This document shows positions 19,448-28,391 of a stretch of DNA of 64,000 nt, piece by piece (position 1 is the first letter of the stretch; each line of letters starts with the position of its first letter). The stretch covers positions 8,079 through 72,078 of the forward strand of contig JBBTRA010000005.1 in assembly GCA_038065415.1 (NCBI GenBank), in the 5' to 3' direction. Source of the DNA: Patescibacteria group bacterium. GTDB lineage: Bacteria; Patescibacteriota; Minisyncoccia; Phycocordibacterales; PALSA-1337. Made by a program: the position numbers and the translations under genes. The notes beneath the pieces are model-generated. The model searched no databases. It worked only from the letters and a program-made list of their open reading frames with translations, and was not told the origin of the DNA.

Positions 19448-19729
19448 TGATATACTTACCTTATAAATCCCTGAATGCGGAAAGTGTAAGGACTTTGAAA
19501 TACAGATAAATTTTCCTTACCAGTTTCCTTCTTTTTTGCGTTAAGGTTCTTACGTCGTCTAAGTCCTGCAGTAGTCATGGTCGGTGGTCATCAGACCACG
19601 ACACATCAAGTAAACAAAGGATATTTTGGAAGCGCTAAATTAGTGTCCTAGACGGGTCATTTCGCGTTCTATATTTTAGGCCACGAAATCGATTCGAATC
19701 TCAGAGGGTTTTTCGCTATACTTATACCT

Positions 19730-20101
19730 ATGAAGCCTCCAAGTGAAGCAACACTCAAGCGCGTATACGGGTACATCTTTGCCAAGGTATATCCGATGTA
19801 TATCGCTAAGGCAGAGAAGAAAGGTCGAACCAAAGAAGAAGTCGACGAGGTCATTCGCTGGCTCACGGGATACACTCAAAGCAAGCTGAATGCGCAGATC
19901 AAGGAAGAGGTGAACTTCGAGATGTTCTTCAATGAGGCGCCCAAGCTCAACCCTTCGCGCAAGCTCATTACCGGCATGATCTGTGGTGTTCGGGTGGAAG
20001 AGATTGAAGACAAAATCATGCGCGAGGTTCGGTATCTCGATAAGTTGGTTGACGAGCTCGCTAAGGGAAGACCGATGGAGAAAGTTCTGCGTAAGTCATA
20101 A
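19730..20101 (+). CDS. DUF2200 family protein
   Basis: [32 protein letters not shown]...[15 protein letters not shown]...[13 protein letters not shown]. Confidence 0.9.
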   Translation: MKPPSEATLKRVYGYIFAKVYPMYIAKAEKKGRTKEEVDEVIRWLTGYTQSKLNAQIKEEVNFEMFFNEAPKLNPSRKLITGMICGVRVEEIEDKIMREVRYLDKLVDELAKGRPMEKVLRKS

Positions 20102-20112
20102 TACCTACATAT

Positions 20113-20883
20113 ATGCACGAATTCCTCCTATTTGGTCTCAAGCAAGCCCGCGCGGCCATATTTGCCGGCTCTTTCTTTTTGCTACTTTTCCTTTCGAACT
20201 ACATCCCGCTCTTCGGTTTGGCTCGGTATGACTTCTTGTTCATTGCTGCGGTGTTGATCCAGGCAATTTTGTACTTCACGAAGCTGGAGACCAAAGATGA
20301 GGTGAAGGTTATTTTCTTATTCCATATCATCGGCCTTATCCTCGAATTGTACAAAACAAGTCCAGGTGTTGGTTCCTGGAGCTATCCCGAGGATGCGTTT
20401 TTCAAGATCATGACCGTGCCTCTCTACAGTGGTTTTATGTATGCGGCAGTCGGGAGTTACATCAGTCAGTCTTGGAAAATTTTGAAACAGTATGTTACCA
20501 ACTACAACCACTATGGATGGAGTGTCGTGCTCGCCGCACTCATCTACCTCAATTTTTTCACCAATCATTACATATATGACTTCAGGATATTCCTGATCAT
20601 TGCAGTCTTTGCGCTCTTTTGGAAGACAAGGATATATTTCACAGTCATGACCAAGGTTCGTTGGATGCACTTGAATACAGGATTCCTCCTAGTCGCTTTT
20701 TTCATCTGGATAGCGGAGAATATATCGACATATCTCGGTGCATGGCAGTATCCAGATCAGATTCATGTGTGGAGTGTTGTTTCTACGAGCAAGATAACTT
20801 CGTGGTTCCTGATGGTTATTATCAGCTTTATTTTGGTTGCATATCTGAAGCATTTTAAAAAAGATGTGTTGAAGAAGTCGTAG
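20113..20883 (+). CDS. DUF817 family membrane protein
   Basis: FGLKQARA, RYDFL, GSWSYPE, VPLYSGFMYAAVGSY, FIWIAENI.T. Confidence 0.9.
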   Translation: MHEFLLFGLKQARAAIFAGSFFLLLFLSNYIPLFGLARYDFLFIAAVLIQAILYFTKLETKDEVKVIFLFHIIGLILELYKTSPGVGSWSYPEDAFFKIMTVPLYSGFMYAAVGSYISQSWKILKQYVTNYNHYGWSVVLAALIYLNFFTNHYIYDFRIFLIIAVFALFWKTRIYFTVMTKVRWMHLNTGFLLVAFFIWIAENISTYLGAWQYPDQIHVWSVVSTSKITSWFLMVIISFILVAYLKHFKKDVLKKS

Positions 20884-20981
20884 ATATATATGACTATTGA
20901 AGCTATACTTTATACACACGGGAACTTGACCAAAAACTCCGCTTTGTATATAGTGTAATTATCACACTAATTAAATATATT

Positions 20982-21680
20982 ATGGCGTATACCAAAGTGA
21001 AAAGACTATTAGGAACCAAGAAGGAACATATCGAACAATTAAAGGTGGGAGTGATTATGTTTGCAGCCACTACGGTATACGTCCTTCTGTCAAAATACTT
21101 CGTTCCCAATTATAGTTTGAATGTATTTGAGTTTATTGGGACCTGGGCGGGTCTTATATGCGTATGGCTTTCACGCACAAGGAACATTCTTTGCTGGCCA
21201 TGGGGAATAGTCAGTTCACTTGCGCTCGGAGTATTTTTTAGTCAGATTGGTTTACCTGGCCAACAGTGGCTCAATTGGGGCTATTTCGTAATAATCCAAT
21301 TATGGGCTTGGCCGCATTGGGCATTTGGTGGAAAAGAGGATACCGAACTTCCTGTCACCGTGTTATCGTGGAAAGGAAGAATCCTGACTTTGGTATTCAT
21401 GGTCTTGGGGACCGTACTAGCATATTCCCTTATTGATGTTTTCGTTCCAGGTTCTTTGTACCCGTGGCTAGATGCTTTGGTTGTAACTTCGAGCGTGATT
21501 GCCCAGTTTCTTCTAGGAAGAAAGAAAGTCGAAAGCTGGATACTTTGGCTTGGTCCGGTGAACTTGGTCTCGATCGCCCTATTCTTCTTAGCAGGTGCTT
21601 ATACGCTTACCGCCTTGTATGTCGCCTTCTTTATTCATGCCGCTTTTGCTCTTACTACGTGGACTAAAGTTAATAAATAA
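20982..21680 (+). CDS. pnuC: Nicotinamide riboside transporter PnuC
   Basis: CVWL...NILCWPWG, PWLDAL, AQFLLGRKKVESWILW; directly upstream of nadR-like gene. Confidence 0.85.
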   Translation: MAYTKVKRLLGTKKEHIEQLKVGVIMFAATTVYVLLSKYFVPNYSLNVFEFIGTWAGLICVWLSRTRNILCWPWGIVSSLALGVFFSQIGLPGQQWLNWGYFVIIQLWAWPHWAFGGKEDTELPVTVLSWKGRILTLVFMVLGTVLAYSLIDVFVPGSLYPWLDALVVTSSVIAQFLLGRKKVESWILWLGPVNLVSIALFFLAGAYTLTALYVAFFIHAAFALTTWTKVNK

Positions 21681-21688
21681 GCAAGTAT

Positions 21689-22678
21689 ATGTTTCATCGA
21701 GGAATTGTTATTGGAAAATTCTACCCGCCTCATCGAGGCCATAAGTATTTAATTGATACGGCTCGCTCGCAGTGTGAACAGCTTACCGTAATTGTCTGTT
21801 GGAAAAAATCACAATTTATCTCTGGAGTAGAGCGGGCTCGTTGGATCCAAGAAATTCATCCTGACGTTCAGGTAAAACTTCTTGATGACGATCGTCTCGC
21901 AGATGATGACTCAGAAGGGTGGGCAAAAAACACGTTGGATGTGTTGGGATTTACGCCTGATGCTGTATTTACATCTGAATCATACGGCGATCCATATGCG
22001 TCTTTTATGGGATGTGTCCATGTGTTGGTTGATAAGGCGCGTACGTATATTCCTATCTCGGCAACAATAGTACGAAGCGATCCTACGAAATATGCACAAT
22101 TTCTCGAACCGTGTGTTCGAGCATCGTTTGCTCGACGTGTATGCATTCTGGGTGCAGAATCCACAGGTACTACGACCTTATCCAAGGATCTTGCAAAACA
22201 CTATAAGACAACATGGGTGCCTGAATATGGGCGTTTGTATTCAGAAGGAAAGATGTTTGGCGATGAAAATGCCGCATGGCGAACGGATGAATTCATCAAA
22301 ATAGCAAAAGCTCAAGGTATTCTTGAAGATGCCTTGGCAGAAGCATCAAATGGTTTGGTCATTTGTGATACGGATGCATTTGCCACCGGAGTTTGGCATG
22401 AAAGATATCTAGGTAAACGATCGGCTCAAGTTGAAGCCATTGCTGCCCGAAGAAAATATGACCTGTATATCTTAACGGGGGATGAAATTCCTTTTGAGCA
22501 AGACGGAACAAGGGATGGAGAACATATTCGTCATGATATGCAAAAACGATTTGTTGAACGTCTTACTGAAGATGCAAAGAATTATATTATCGTATCAGGA
22601 AACAGGGAGGAACGTTTGCAAAAGGCCATAGCGGCTATTGATGCTATACAGCCAATGGTCGTGGATAATGCCAAATAA
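21689..22678 (+). CDS. nadR: NadR-like NMN adenylyltransferase / ribosylnicotinamide kinase
   Basis: GKFYPPHRGH (HxGH), ISAT.VR, GAESTGTTT P-loop, VPEYGR, CDTD, FEQDGTR. Confidence 0.85.
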   Translation: MFHRGIVIGKFYPPHRGHKYLIDTARSQCEQLTVIVCWKKSQFISGVERARWIQEIHPDVQVKLLDDDRLADDDSEGWAKNTLDVLGFTPDAVFTSESYGDPYASFMGCVHVLVDKARTYIPISATIVRSDPTKYAQFLEPCVRASFARRVCILGAESTGTTTLSKDLAKHYKTTWVPEYGRLYSEGKMFGDENAAWRTDEFIKIAKAQGILEDALAEASNGLVICDTDAFATGVWHERYLGKRSAQVEAIAARRKYDLYILTGDEIPFEQDGTRDGEHIRHDMQKRFVERLTEDAKNYIIVSGNREERLQKAIAAIDAIQPMVVDNAK

Positions 22679-22779
22679 TCAAAGAGAAACCTTCGCCTTG
22701 TACTCTTCCGAAATTGTTTTATACTGGATATATATGACGATCTTCCATTCAAAATATAAGCTCATACATCATACATACC

Positions 22780-23571
22780 ATGAATAAAATAATCCTTGTT
22801 ATAGCCATCCTCGCTCTCGTTGCTGGTGGCATATATTACACATCGGACCGTCCTGGCACCATGACCAACGTCGACATGCTCGACACGGGTGATAAGACCC
22901 CACTCATCGTGGAGACTGATGTTGCATACTTCCTAGGAGCAAAAGGATATTTTGTTCGCCCTGCAACAGAAGCCGTCTATCCGGGCGTGGTCATGATCCA
23001 TGAGAACCGTGGTCTCCGACCTGAGACGCGCGCTGCAGCTGATCAGCTCGCTCGCGAAGGGTACATGGTACTCGCCGTCGATCTCCTCGGGGGAATTGGT
23101 GAGACGCAGGAAGAAGCTCGTGCACTGACATCAAAATTCAAGCAGGCAACAGGTACCGCCAATATGCGTGCCGCCGCCGCGTATCTCAAATCCAAAGGTG
23201 CGCCGAAGATTGCTAGTCTCGGCTGGTGTTTTGGGGGCAGACAGTCTATAGAGCTCGCGATTTCCGGAGAGAAGCTCGATGCGACGATCGTCTATTATGG
23301 AGGTGGTATGGCGACGACCACAGAACGGCTCGCCCCGATCTCATGGCCAGTGCTCGGCATCTTCGGCGAGGCAGATCAGGCGATCAGTACGACCACGGTG
23401 CGTGTATTTGAGACATCGCTCAATACTCTTGGAGTCGAAAATCAGATCTACATATATCCAGGAGTCGGTCACGCCTTCGCCAATCCGTCAGGCATGAATT
23501 ATGCACCAGAGGAAACAAAGGATGCCTGGGCGAAGACGGTCGCATTCCTTGAGAGACATCTCAAACAGTAA
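22780..23571 (+). CDS. Dienelactone hydrolase family protein
   Basis: VMIHENRGL, GWCFGG nucleophile, GVGHAFAN; N-terminal TM/signal. Confidence 0.9.
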   Translation: MNKIILVIAILALVAGGIYYTSDRPGTMTNVDMLDTGDKTPLIVETDVAYFLGAKGYFVRPATEAVYPGVVMIHENRGLRPETRAAADQLAREGYMVLAVDLLGGIGETQEEARALTSKFKQATGTANMRAAAAYLKSKGAPKIASLGWCFGGRQSIELAISGEKLDATIVYYGGGMATTTERLAPISWPVLGIFGEADQAISTTTVRVFETSLNTLGVENQIYIYPGVGHAFANPSGMNYAPEETKDAWAKTVAFLERHLKQ

Positions 23572-23612
23572 CCCGGGATTTTTTGTTGCAATATGATATA
23601 GTAACGCATCAT

Positions 23613-24479
23613 ATGCAACCATCGGATTATATCGTCATATTGTTCTATAGCTTCCGGCAGATCGCAGATCCTCGTGCGGTCGCTGAGGCGCATCGGCAGA
23701 AATGTACGGAGCTCGGTCTGAGAGGGCGCATGATCGTGGCAGAAGAAGGCGTCAATGCAACCTTCGAGGGTACACGCGAAGCTATCGAAGCATACAAAGC
23801 ATTTGCTCTGGCTGATCCTGTGCTTACGGGTATTGCTATCAAGGAGAGCGCTGGTACAGGTTTTGCTTTTCCACGTCTCACAATCAAAGTGCGCGACGAG
23901 ATTGTGACTCTGGGGGCTGGCAGATTCGATGTGGCTCGGGAGACTGCAACTCAGTTGCCGGCGTCTGAATTGCAAAAATGGTATGAGAATGGAGAAGATT
24001 TCGTGGTGCTCGATCTGCGCAATAGCTATGAGATCGCCAGTGGGAAGTTCGATAAGACGGTTGATCCGGGACTCTCCAATTTTAGAGATCTACCTGCGAA
24101 GGTGAAAGAACTGTCTCAACTCAAAGACAAAAAAGTAGTGACGGTCTGCACGGGTGGTATTCGCTGTGAAAAAGCGACTTGTCTCCTCAAGAAAGAGGGA
24201 TTTTCTGATATCTATCAGCTCAAGGATGGTATTCATACCTATATGCAGGAATATCCCGGAGCGCATTTCAAGGGAACGCTCTTCGTTTTTGATAACCGCA
24301 TGACAACAGACGTGGTTCCGGTGCACGGCAAAGAAATCATTGGTTCGTGCTCATTCTGTGGAACAGCTACGGAGAACTATTGTGCCGATGACAGTGTCCG
24401 TCCGTCACGCAAAGTTCTGTGCTGTGCATCTTGTGAAGTTGTTCAAGGTGCTACTCTTCGCGGCATGGCTCAGCGTTGA
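23613..24479 (+). CDS. trhO: Rhodanese-domain tRNA uridine(34) hydroxylase (TrhO/YceA-like)
   Basis: GRMIVAEEGVNAT, LDLRN.YE...GKF, CTGGIRCEK, QLKDGI..Y, FVFDNR, Cys-rich tail. Confidence 0.85.
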   Translation: MQPSDYIVILFYSFRQIADPRAVAEAHRQKCTELGLRGRMIVAEEGVNATFEGTREAIEAYKAFALADPVLTGIAIKESAGTGFAFPRLTIKVRDEIVTLGAGRFDVARETATQLPASELQKWYENGEDFVVLDLRNSYEIASGKFDKTVDPGLSNFRDLPAKVKELSQLKDKKVVTVCTGGIRCEKATCLLKKEGFSDIYQLKDGIHTYMQEYPGAHFKGTLFVFDNRMTTDVVPVHGKEIIGSCSFCGTATENYCADDSVRPSRKVLCCASCEVVQGATLRGMAQR

Positions 24480-25099
24480 TCGAGCATCTCTTTCAGTACA
24501 GGTTCAATTTTGTCGGCTATGAGGGCGTAGCCGGCGCTATTCGGATGAATCGCATCTGACATGTAACGACTGTCACCAATCAGTCCATCGAGGACATTTG
24601 GCACAAAGCCGACTCGATGTTCTTCCGCGAATTCCTCGAAACGTTCATTGTATGTATCCCTGAGGAGGCCGCCGCGGACGCCCAGAAGGAGCACAGCTGC
24701 ACCACTTTCGTGGATTCGCTGTATGATCGTGCCGAGATTTTCGAAGGTCGTATCTATGGGGACGCGTTTGAGATAATCATTGCCACCGAGCAGGATGATG
24801 ACAAGGCGGGGGTCTTCGTCGAGCACGCTCTGTAGGCGAGAGAGCGCGGCTTCTGTCGTGTCTCCGCTGACTCCGAGGTTCACTATGGGTTGGCCGATGC
24901 GATCGGAGAGTAGGGAAAAGATGTCACGCCCTGCGGTCGATCCGACTCCTTGGACGAGACTATCGCCGAAGGCAACGATGGTTGTTCCGGAGGAATCAAG
25001 ATTGCGAATGTCTGGTCCTGAAAGCCATGACCAAGAAAGATATCCAGCCACGCCGATCAGGATGATTCCGAGAAGTAGTGTGCGGTTATTTTTGTTCAT
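24470..25099 (-). CDS. SGNH/GDSL arylesterase
   Basis: FGDSL, NLGVSG, LGGND, DAIHPN; N-terminal TM helix. Confidence 0.9.
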   Translation of the reverse strand: MNKNNRTLLLGIILIGVAGYLSWSWLSGPDIRNLDSSGTTIVAFGDSLVQGVGSTAGRDIFSLLSDRIGQPIVNLGVSGDTTEAALSRLQSVLDEDPRLVIILLGGNDYLKRVPIDTTFENLGTIIQRIHESGAAVLLLGVRGGLLRDTYNERFEEFAEEHRVGFVPNVLDGLIGDSRYMSDAIHPNSAGYALIADKIEPVLKEMLDQR

Positions 25100-26393
25100 C
25101 GTCTTCGAGTTTCTCAAGCCTCTTGCGATCAGTGATGAGTCGCCAGATAGCGCTCACGTGCCGCGCGATATGGTGGCCGAAGAAATAATGTAGTACGAAT
25201 CCTGCCATCATAAGGATAAGCAGGGTCAGCAGGAGTGCGACTGCGTGGTCGCGGATGAACTTGGTAGGAAGAAAGGGAAGACTCACGTCGATAGAGGCGT
25301 CACGCACGTTACCGGCCTTGTCAAAAGCACGGACGATGAGTCGGGAATGGTCGATGGATTCGAAGGGAACCTGATATGGACTCTCGCTTCTCACGAAAAC
25401 GGGTGACTCGGTGGCGGGTTTGGATTTGTCGATGAGACCTACCTCATAGCGATCGAGTCCGGAGAGGGCATCGGTTGTGAAGAAGGAGATCAGGGCTCGA
25501 CTGATGACGGCTGCAGTGATGTAGTTGATGCGTGGTTCAAAATCTGCCGGAGGTGCAGTGTCGATCTTGAGGGCGAAGTCCGTGGATGCACCCCATACGC
25601 CGTTTTTCAAAGCCTTGATATGGAAATACCACGCACCGTCAGGTTGTTCTTGATATGAGCGTGCAGTGCTCTCGGTGTCGACCGTATTGTCTGGTATTGT
25701 GTTGGGCTTGTCATCGAGGATCATGCTGTATCCGCTCACACCGGGTTCAGGGGTCCATGCGAGCGAGATTGTCGGGTTGTTGTACCAGTGGTCACGAAGG
25801 GGATGAGTTTCGGAGAAGACGACTACTCCTCCAGGAGGTCGGGATACAATAGTATAGACAGCACGGTTGGCGGTGTGATTTGCAGGGGATCCGACACCAT
25901 CATTGAGGAGTATGCGCGTGTCGTCCTGTATTCTGACAGAAGCTGGGCCGGCACTCTTTGCTTGGAACGTGATGTTGGCGAGTAATCCTGATTCCGTGGT
26001 GATGCCGTTGGGAATGCCTCCAACGAGGGTGATGGTGCCGCGTGCATTGTCATAGCTAGGTGCTTCGATCCATAGACCGATCACCGATGAGCCCCCTGAG
26101 GGTTTGACTACAGAAAGTGTTTCCGCATCGAATCGTATGCGGAGTTCTATCGCGCCAATGCTGCTACCTTTTGTGTTGATGTATATCGGAACCTCAAAAG
26201 TTGATCCTTGTGTGAATGTTCCCGACGGTGGGCTGATCAGTATCTCAGTTTTTGGTATGAGATCGGGTCCGCTCAAGTTCACGGTCGATTGGGCATGAAC
26301 TTGAATTCTGCTACTAGCTATGATGGCGAGCGCGATGAGAATACAGGAGAAGGTGGCGCGGAGAGCCTTCGTTGGGACGTGATGGGTATGCAT
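25086..26393 (-). CDS. Cohesin-domain membrane protein (third paralog)
   Basis: GGSSVIGLW, GGIPNG, ILLNDGVG, SETHP..WY, DGAWYFH, DALSGLDRYE, VRAFDKAGN, C-terminal TM helix. Confidence 0.75.
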   Translation of the reverse strand: MHTHHVPTKALRATFSCILIALAIIASSRIQVHAQSTVNLSGPDLIPKTEILISPPSGTFTQGSTFEVPIYINTKGSSIGAIELRIRFDAETLSVVKPSGGSSVIGLWIEAPSYDNARGTITLVGGIPNGITTESGLLANITFQAKSAGPASVRIQDDTRILLNDGVGSPANHTANRAVYTIVSRPPGGVVVFSETHPLRDHWYNNPTISLAWTPEPGVSGYSMILDDKPNTIPDNTVDTESTARSYQEQPDGAWYFHIKALKNGVWGASTDFALKIDTAPPADFEPRINYITAAVISRALISFFTTDALSGLDRYEVGLIDKSKPATESPVFVRSESPYQVPFESIDHSRLIVRAFDKAGNVRDASIDVSLPFLPTKFIRDHAVALLLTLLILMMAGFVLHYFFGHHIARHVSAIWRLITDRKRLEKLEDDEQK

Positions 26394-26401
26394 GGGTATG
26401 G

Positions 26402-26842
26402 TTAGCGCTTCATCGGATGCATGTGTGCGGCGATACCGATGGCTGCGGCGATGATGAGGATATTCTTGATGATGTACTGACCCTCAAGTGTTGGGATGAG
26501 GAATCCTGACCAGGTTGCGGCTGGAATGACGAAAAGTGGCATGATGGTCGTGATCATGTGCAAGAAGAGGAGAGGGATGACGACACGCTCGGTTCCACGA
26601 ATCAAGAAAAGGATGCCGATTACGCATTCGAAGAGGCCGAAAAGCACGATGAATGTGCTGAACGGCATGAATGATATTGTATGACTGAAAAGCTCTTCGA
26701 CCAGTGGGCTGGCCGGCGACATGCCGATGACTTTGAGGATGCCAAACCAGAAAAAGACAGTGAAGAGGCCGATACGAGCGATGGGAACGCTCAGTTTCCT
26801 GAATACGTGAATGAGCTCGAGGTCAATGGTGCGGAGAGACAT
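26402..26842 (-). CDS. DoxX/YkgB-like membrane protein
   Basis: RIGL..VFFWFGILK, SPA, TLEGQYIIKN. Confidence 0.75.
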   Translation of the reverse strand: MSLRTIDLELIHVFRKLSVPIARIGLFTVFFWFGILKVIGMSPASPLVEELFSHTISFMPFSTFIVLFGLFECVIGILFLIRGTERVVIPLLFLHMITTIMPLFVIPAATWSGFLIPTLEGQYIIKNILIIAAAIGIAAHMHPMKR

Positions 26843-26966
26843 GGATGAATTATATCATGTTTCTTTTGTGTGGTGCTGTGAGTGTGGGCTGGGCTGACTG
26901 AAGAGAAATAAGGGCGAAACAAAGAAATGGTAAATGGGGAGAGGTGCTGAAAACCTCAGGTACAGC

Positions 26967-27040
26967 AAACGCGAAAGATTTGCATTTGGAACTTAGAAAA
27001 GATAGGATGATCGATAGGTAAACGCGAAAGATTATCGTTT
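26967..27040. promoter_or_regulatory. Two 21-bp imperfect palindromes, putative Fur/Zur-family operators
   Basis: AAACGCGAAAGATTTGCATTT (26967-26987) and AAACGCGAAAGATTATCGTTT (27020-27040) upstream of the Fur-family gene. Confidence 0.55.
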
Positions 27041-27130
27041 TAGGTACCCTCTGAAAAGGACATACTGCTTCCCCTTAGGTTGTCGCGCTTTATGCACTCG
27101 TGATTAGAAACAAACATTATCTACAAAACC

Positions 27131-27589
27131 ATGAATAGAAAAAAGATAGAAGAACCCGAGATATATGGAACGGAAGCCCAGCACCTTCTTTGGTCTGTAC
27201 ACCTCAAGGCCACGCCCGGAAGAGTTGCGCTTCTCGATCTCTTGAATGAGGAGAAACACCCTGTCTCCATCGCTCACCTAGAGAGTCGGCTCAGAAAAAT
27301 CTCTGCGGGTCTTGCCGCTGCGAGCATATATCGAGCCCTCGATTCTCTTGTGTCGGTTGGCTTGGTCAATCGCATAGATACGGGTACGATTCATGCCACC
27401 TATGAGATCAGGGTTGGTCGTCGCCATCATCATCACTTGATCTGCATGGGTTGTGGAGATATAGAAGATTCTGAAAAGTGTCTTCCGAAAGGGATCGAAC
27501 ACACTGTTCTGGCTGATTCGAAAAAGTTCGCGTCACTTTCACGCCATTCCCTGGAGTTCTTCGGTACTTGTATCAAATGCGCTAAATAA
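27131..27589 (+). CDS. Fur-family transcriptional regulator (Zur-like)
   Basis: T..R..LL, ASIYRAL..L...GLV, HHHHLICMGCG, C-terminal CxxC; precedes a ZIP transporter. Confidence 0.9.
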   Translation: MNRKKIEEPEIYGTEAQHLLWSVHLKATPGRVALLDLLNEEKHPVSIAHLESRLRKISAGLAAASIYRALDSLVSVGLVNRIDTGTIHATYEIRVGRRHHHHLICMGCGDIEDSEKCLPKGIEHTVLADSKKFASLSRHSLEFFGTCIKCAK

Positions 27590-27624
27590 AACAGACAGTA
27601 ATCTATTATAGTAAGTACATCATT

Positions 27625-28353
27625 ATGACCATATTTATTTCCATCCTCGCTTCGCTCGCAGCTTTCGCTGGTGGCCTCATAGCACTCCGTTTTAGAGACA
27701 AATTGCATATTATCCTAGGCCTCTCTGCCGGAGCAGTGATCGGCGCAGCTCTCTTCGATCTCATTCCCGAGGCAATAGAGCTCGGATCAGCAGTTTTCCA
27801 TCCCGAAGAATTGACAGCGTTCACGGCAGTTGGATTCTTGACCTACTTGATCCTCGATAGAGTTTTTTCATTCCATGCGCACGGCCACAGTGATGAACAA
27901 GATACTGATCATACCCCTGTGCGCGGCTCGCTCGGTGCTGCTAGCTTCTGTTTGCACAGTTTGATCGACGGTATCGCGATCGGTCTAGCTTTTCAGGCGT
28001 CTGCAGCAGTAGGACTTATCGTCGGTATCGCTGTGCTTGCTCACCGTTTCTCTGACGGGATCAATACTGTCGGTGTCATACTTAAGCATCGTGGTAATGA
28101 TCGTCGAGCATGGGCATGGCTTACTGCTGTAGCAGCAGCACCTATTGTGGGCACCGTATCGACATTCGCGTTTTCTGTGGCAGACCATACACTGGCCGTC
28201 ATCCTCGCCGTGTTCGCTGGATTTTTCCTCTATATCGGAGCCAGCGATCTCATTCCTGAGGGTCACCACAGTCATTCCAAAGCCCTGACGACGGTCATGA
28301 CCATACTCGGCGCGGTTCTGCTCTATCTCATCGTGCATCTTGCGCACGCCTGA
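27625..28353 (+). CDS. ZIP family metal transporter
   Basis: DLIPEA, His-rich loop, HSLIDGIAIG, AHRFSDG, GFFLYIGASDLIPE. Confidence 0.9.
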   Translation: MTIFISILASLAAFAGGLIALRFRDKLHIILGLSAGAVIGAALFDLIPEAIELGSAVFHPEELTAFTAVGFLTYLILDRVFSFHAHGHSDEQDTDHTPVRGSLGAASFCLHSLIDGIAIGLAFQASAAVGLIVGIAVLAHRFSDGINTVGVILKHRGNDRRAWAWLTAVAAAPIVGTVSTFAFSVADHTLAVILAVFAGFFLYIGASDLIPEGHHSHSKALTTVMTILGAVLLYLIVHLAHA

Positions 28354-28391
28354 TAGGGGACATCGCTTTCGAGTCGTGTTAAAATAAACCC

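Noticed and set aside
22734-22787. 17-aa His-containing upstream ORF overlapping the dienelactone hydrolase start
   Set aside because: The His codons come from CATA repeats typical of leaders here; no attenuator hairpins and the downstream gene is unrelated to histidine.
26895-26966. Glycine-riboswitch-like words (CTGAAGAG, AAAACCTCAGG)
   Set aside because: Supporting helices could not be built and the gene context is metal homeostasis.
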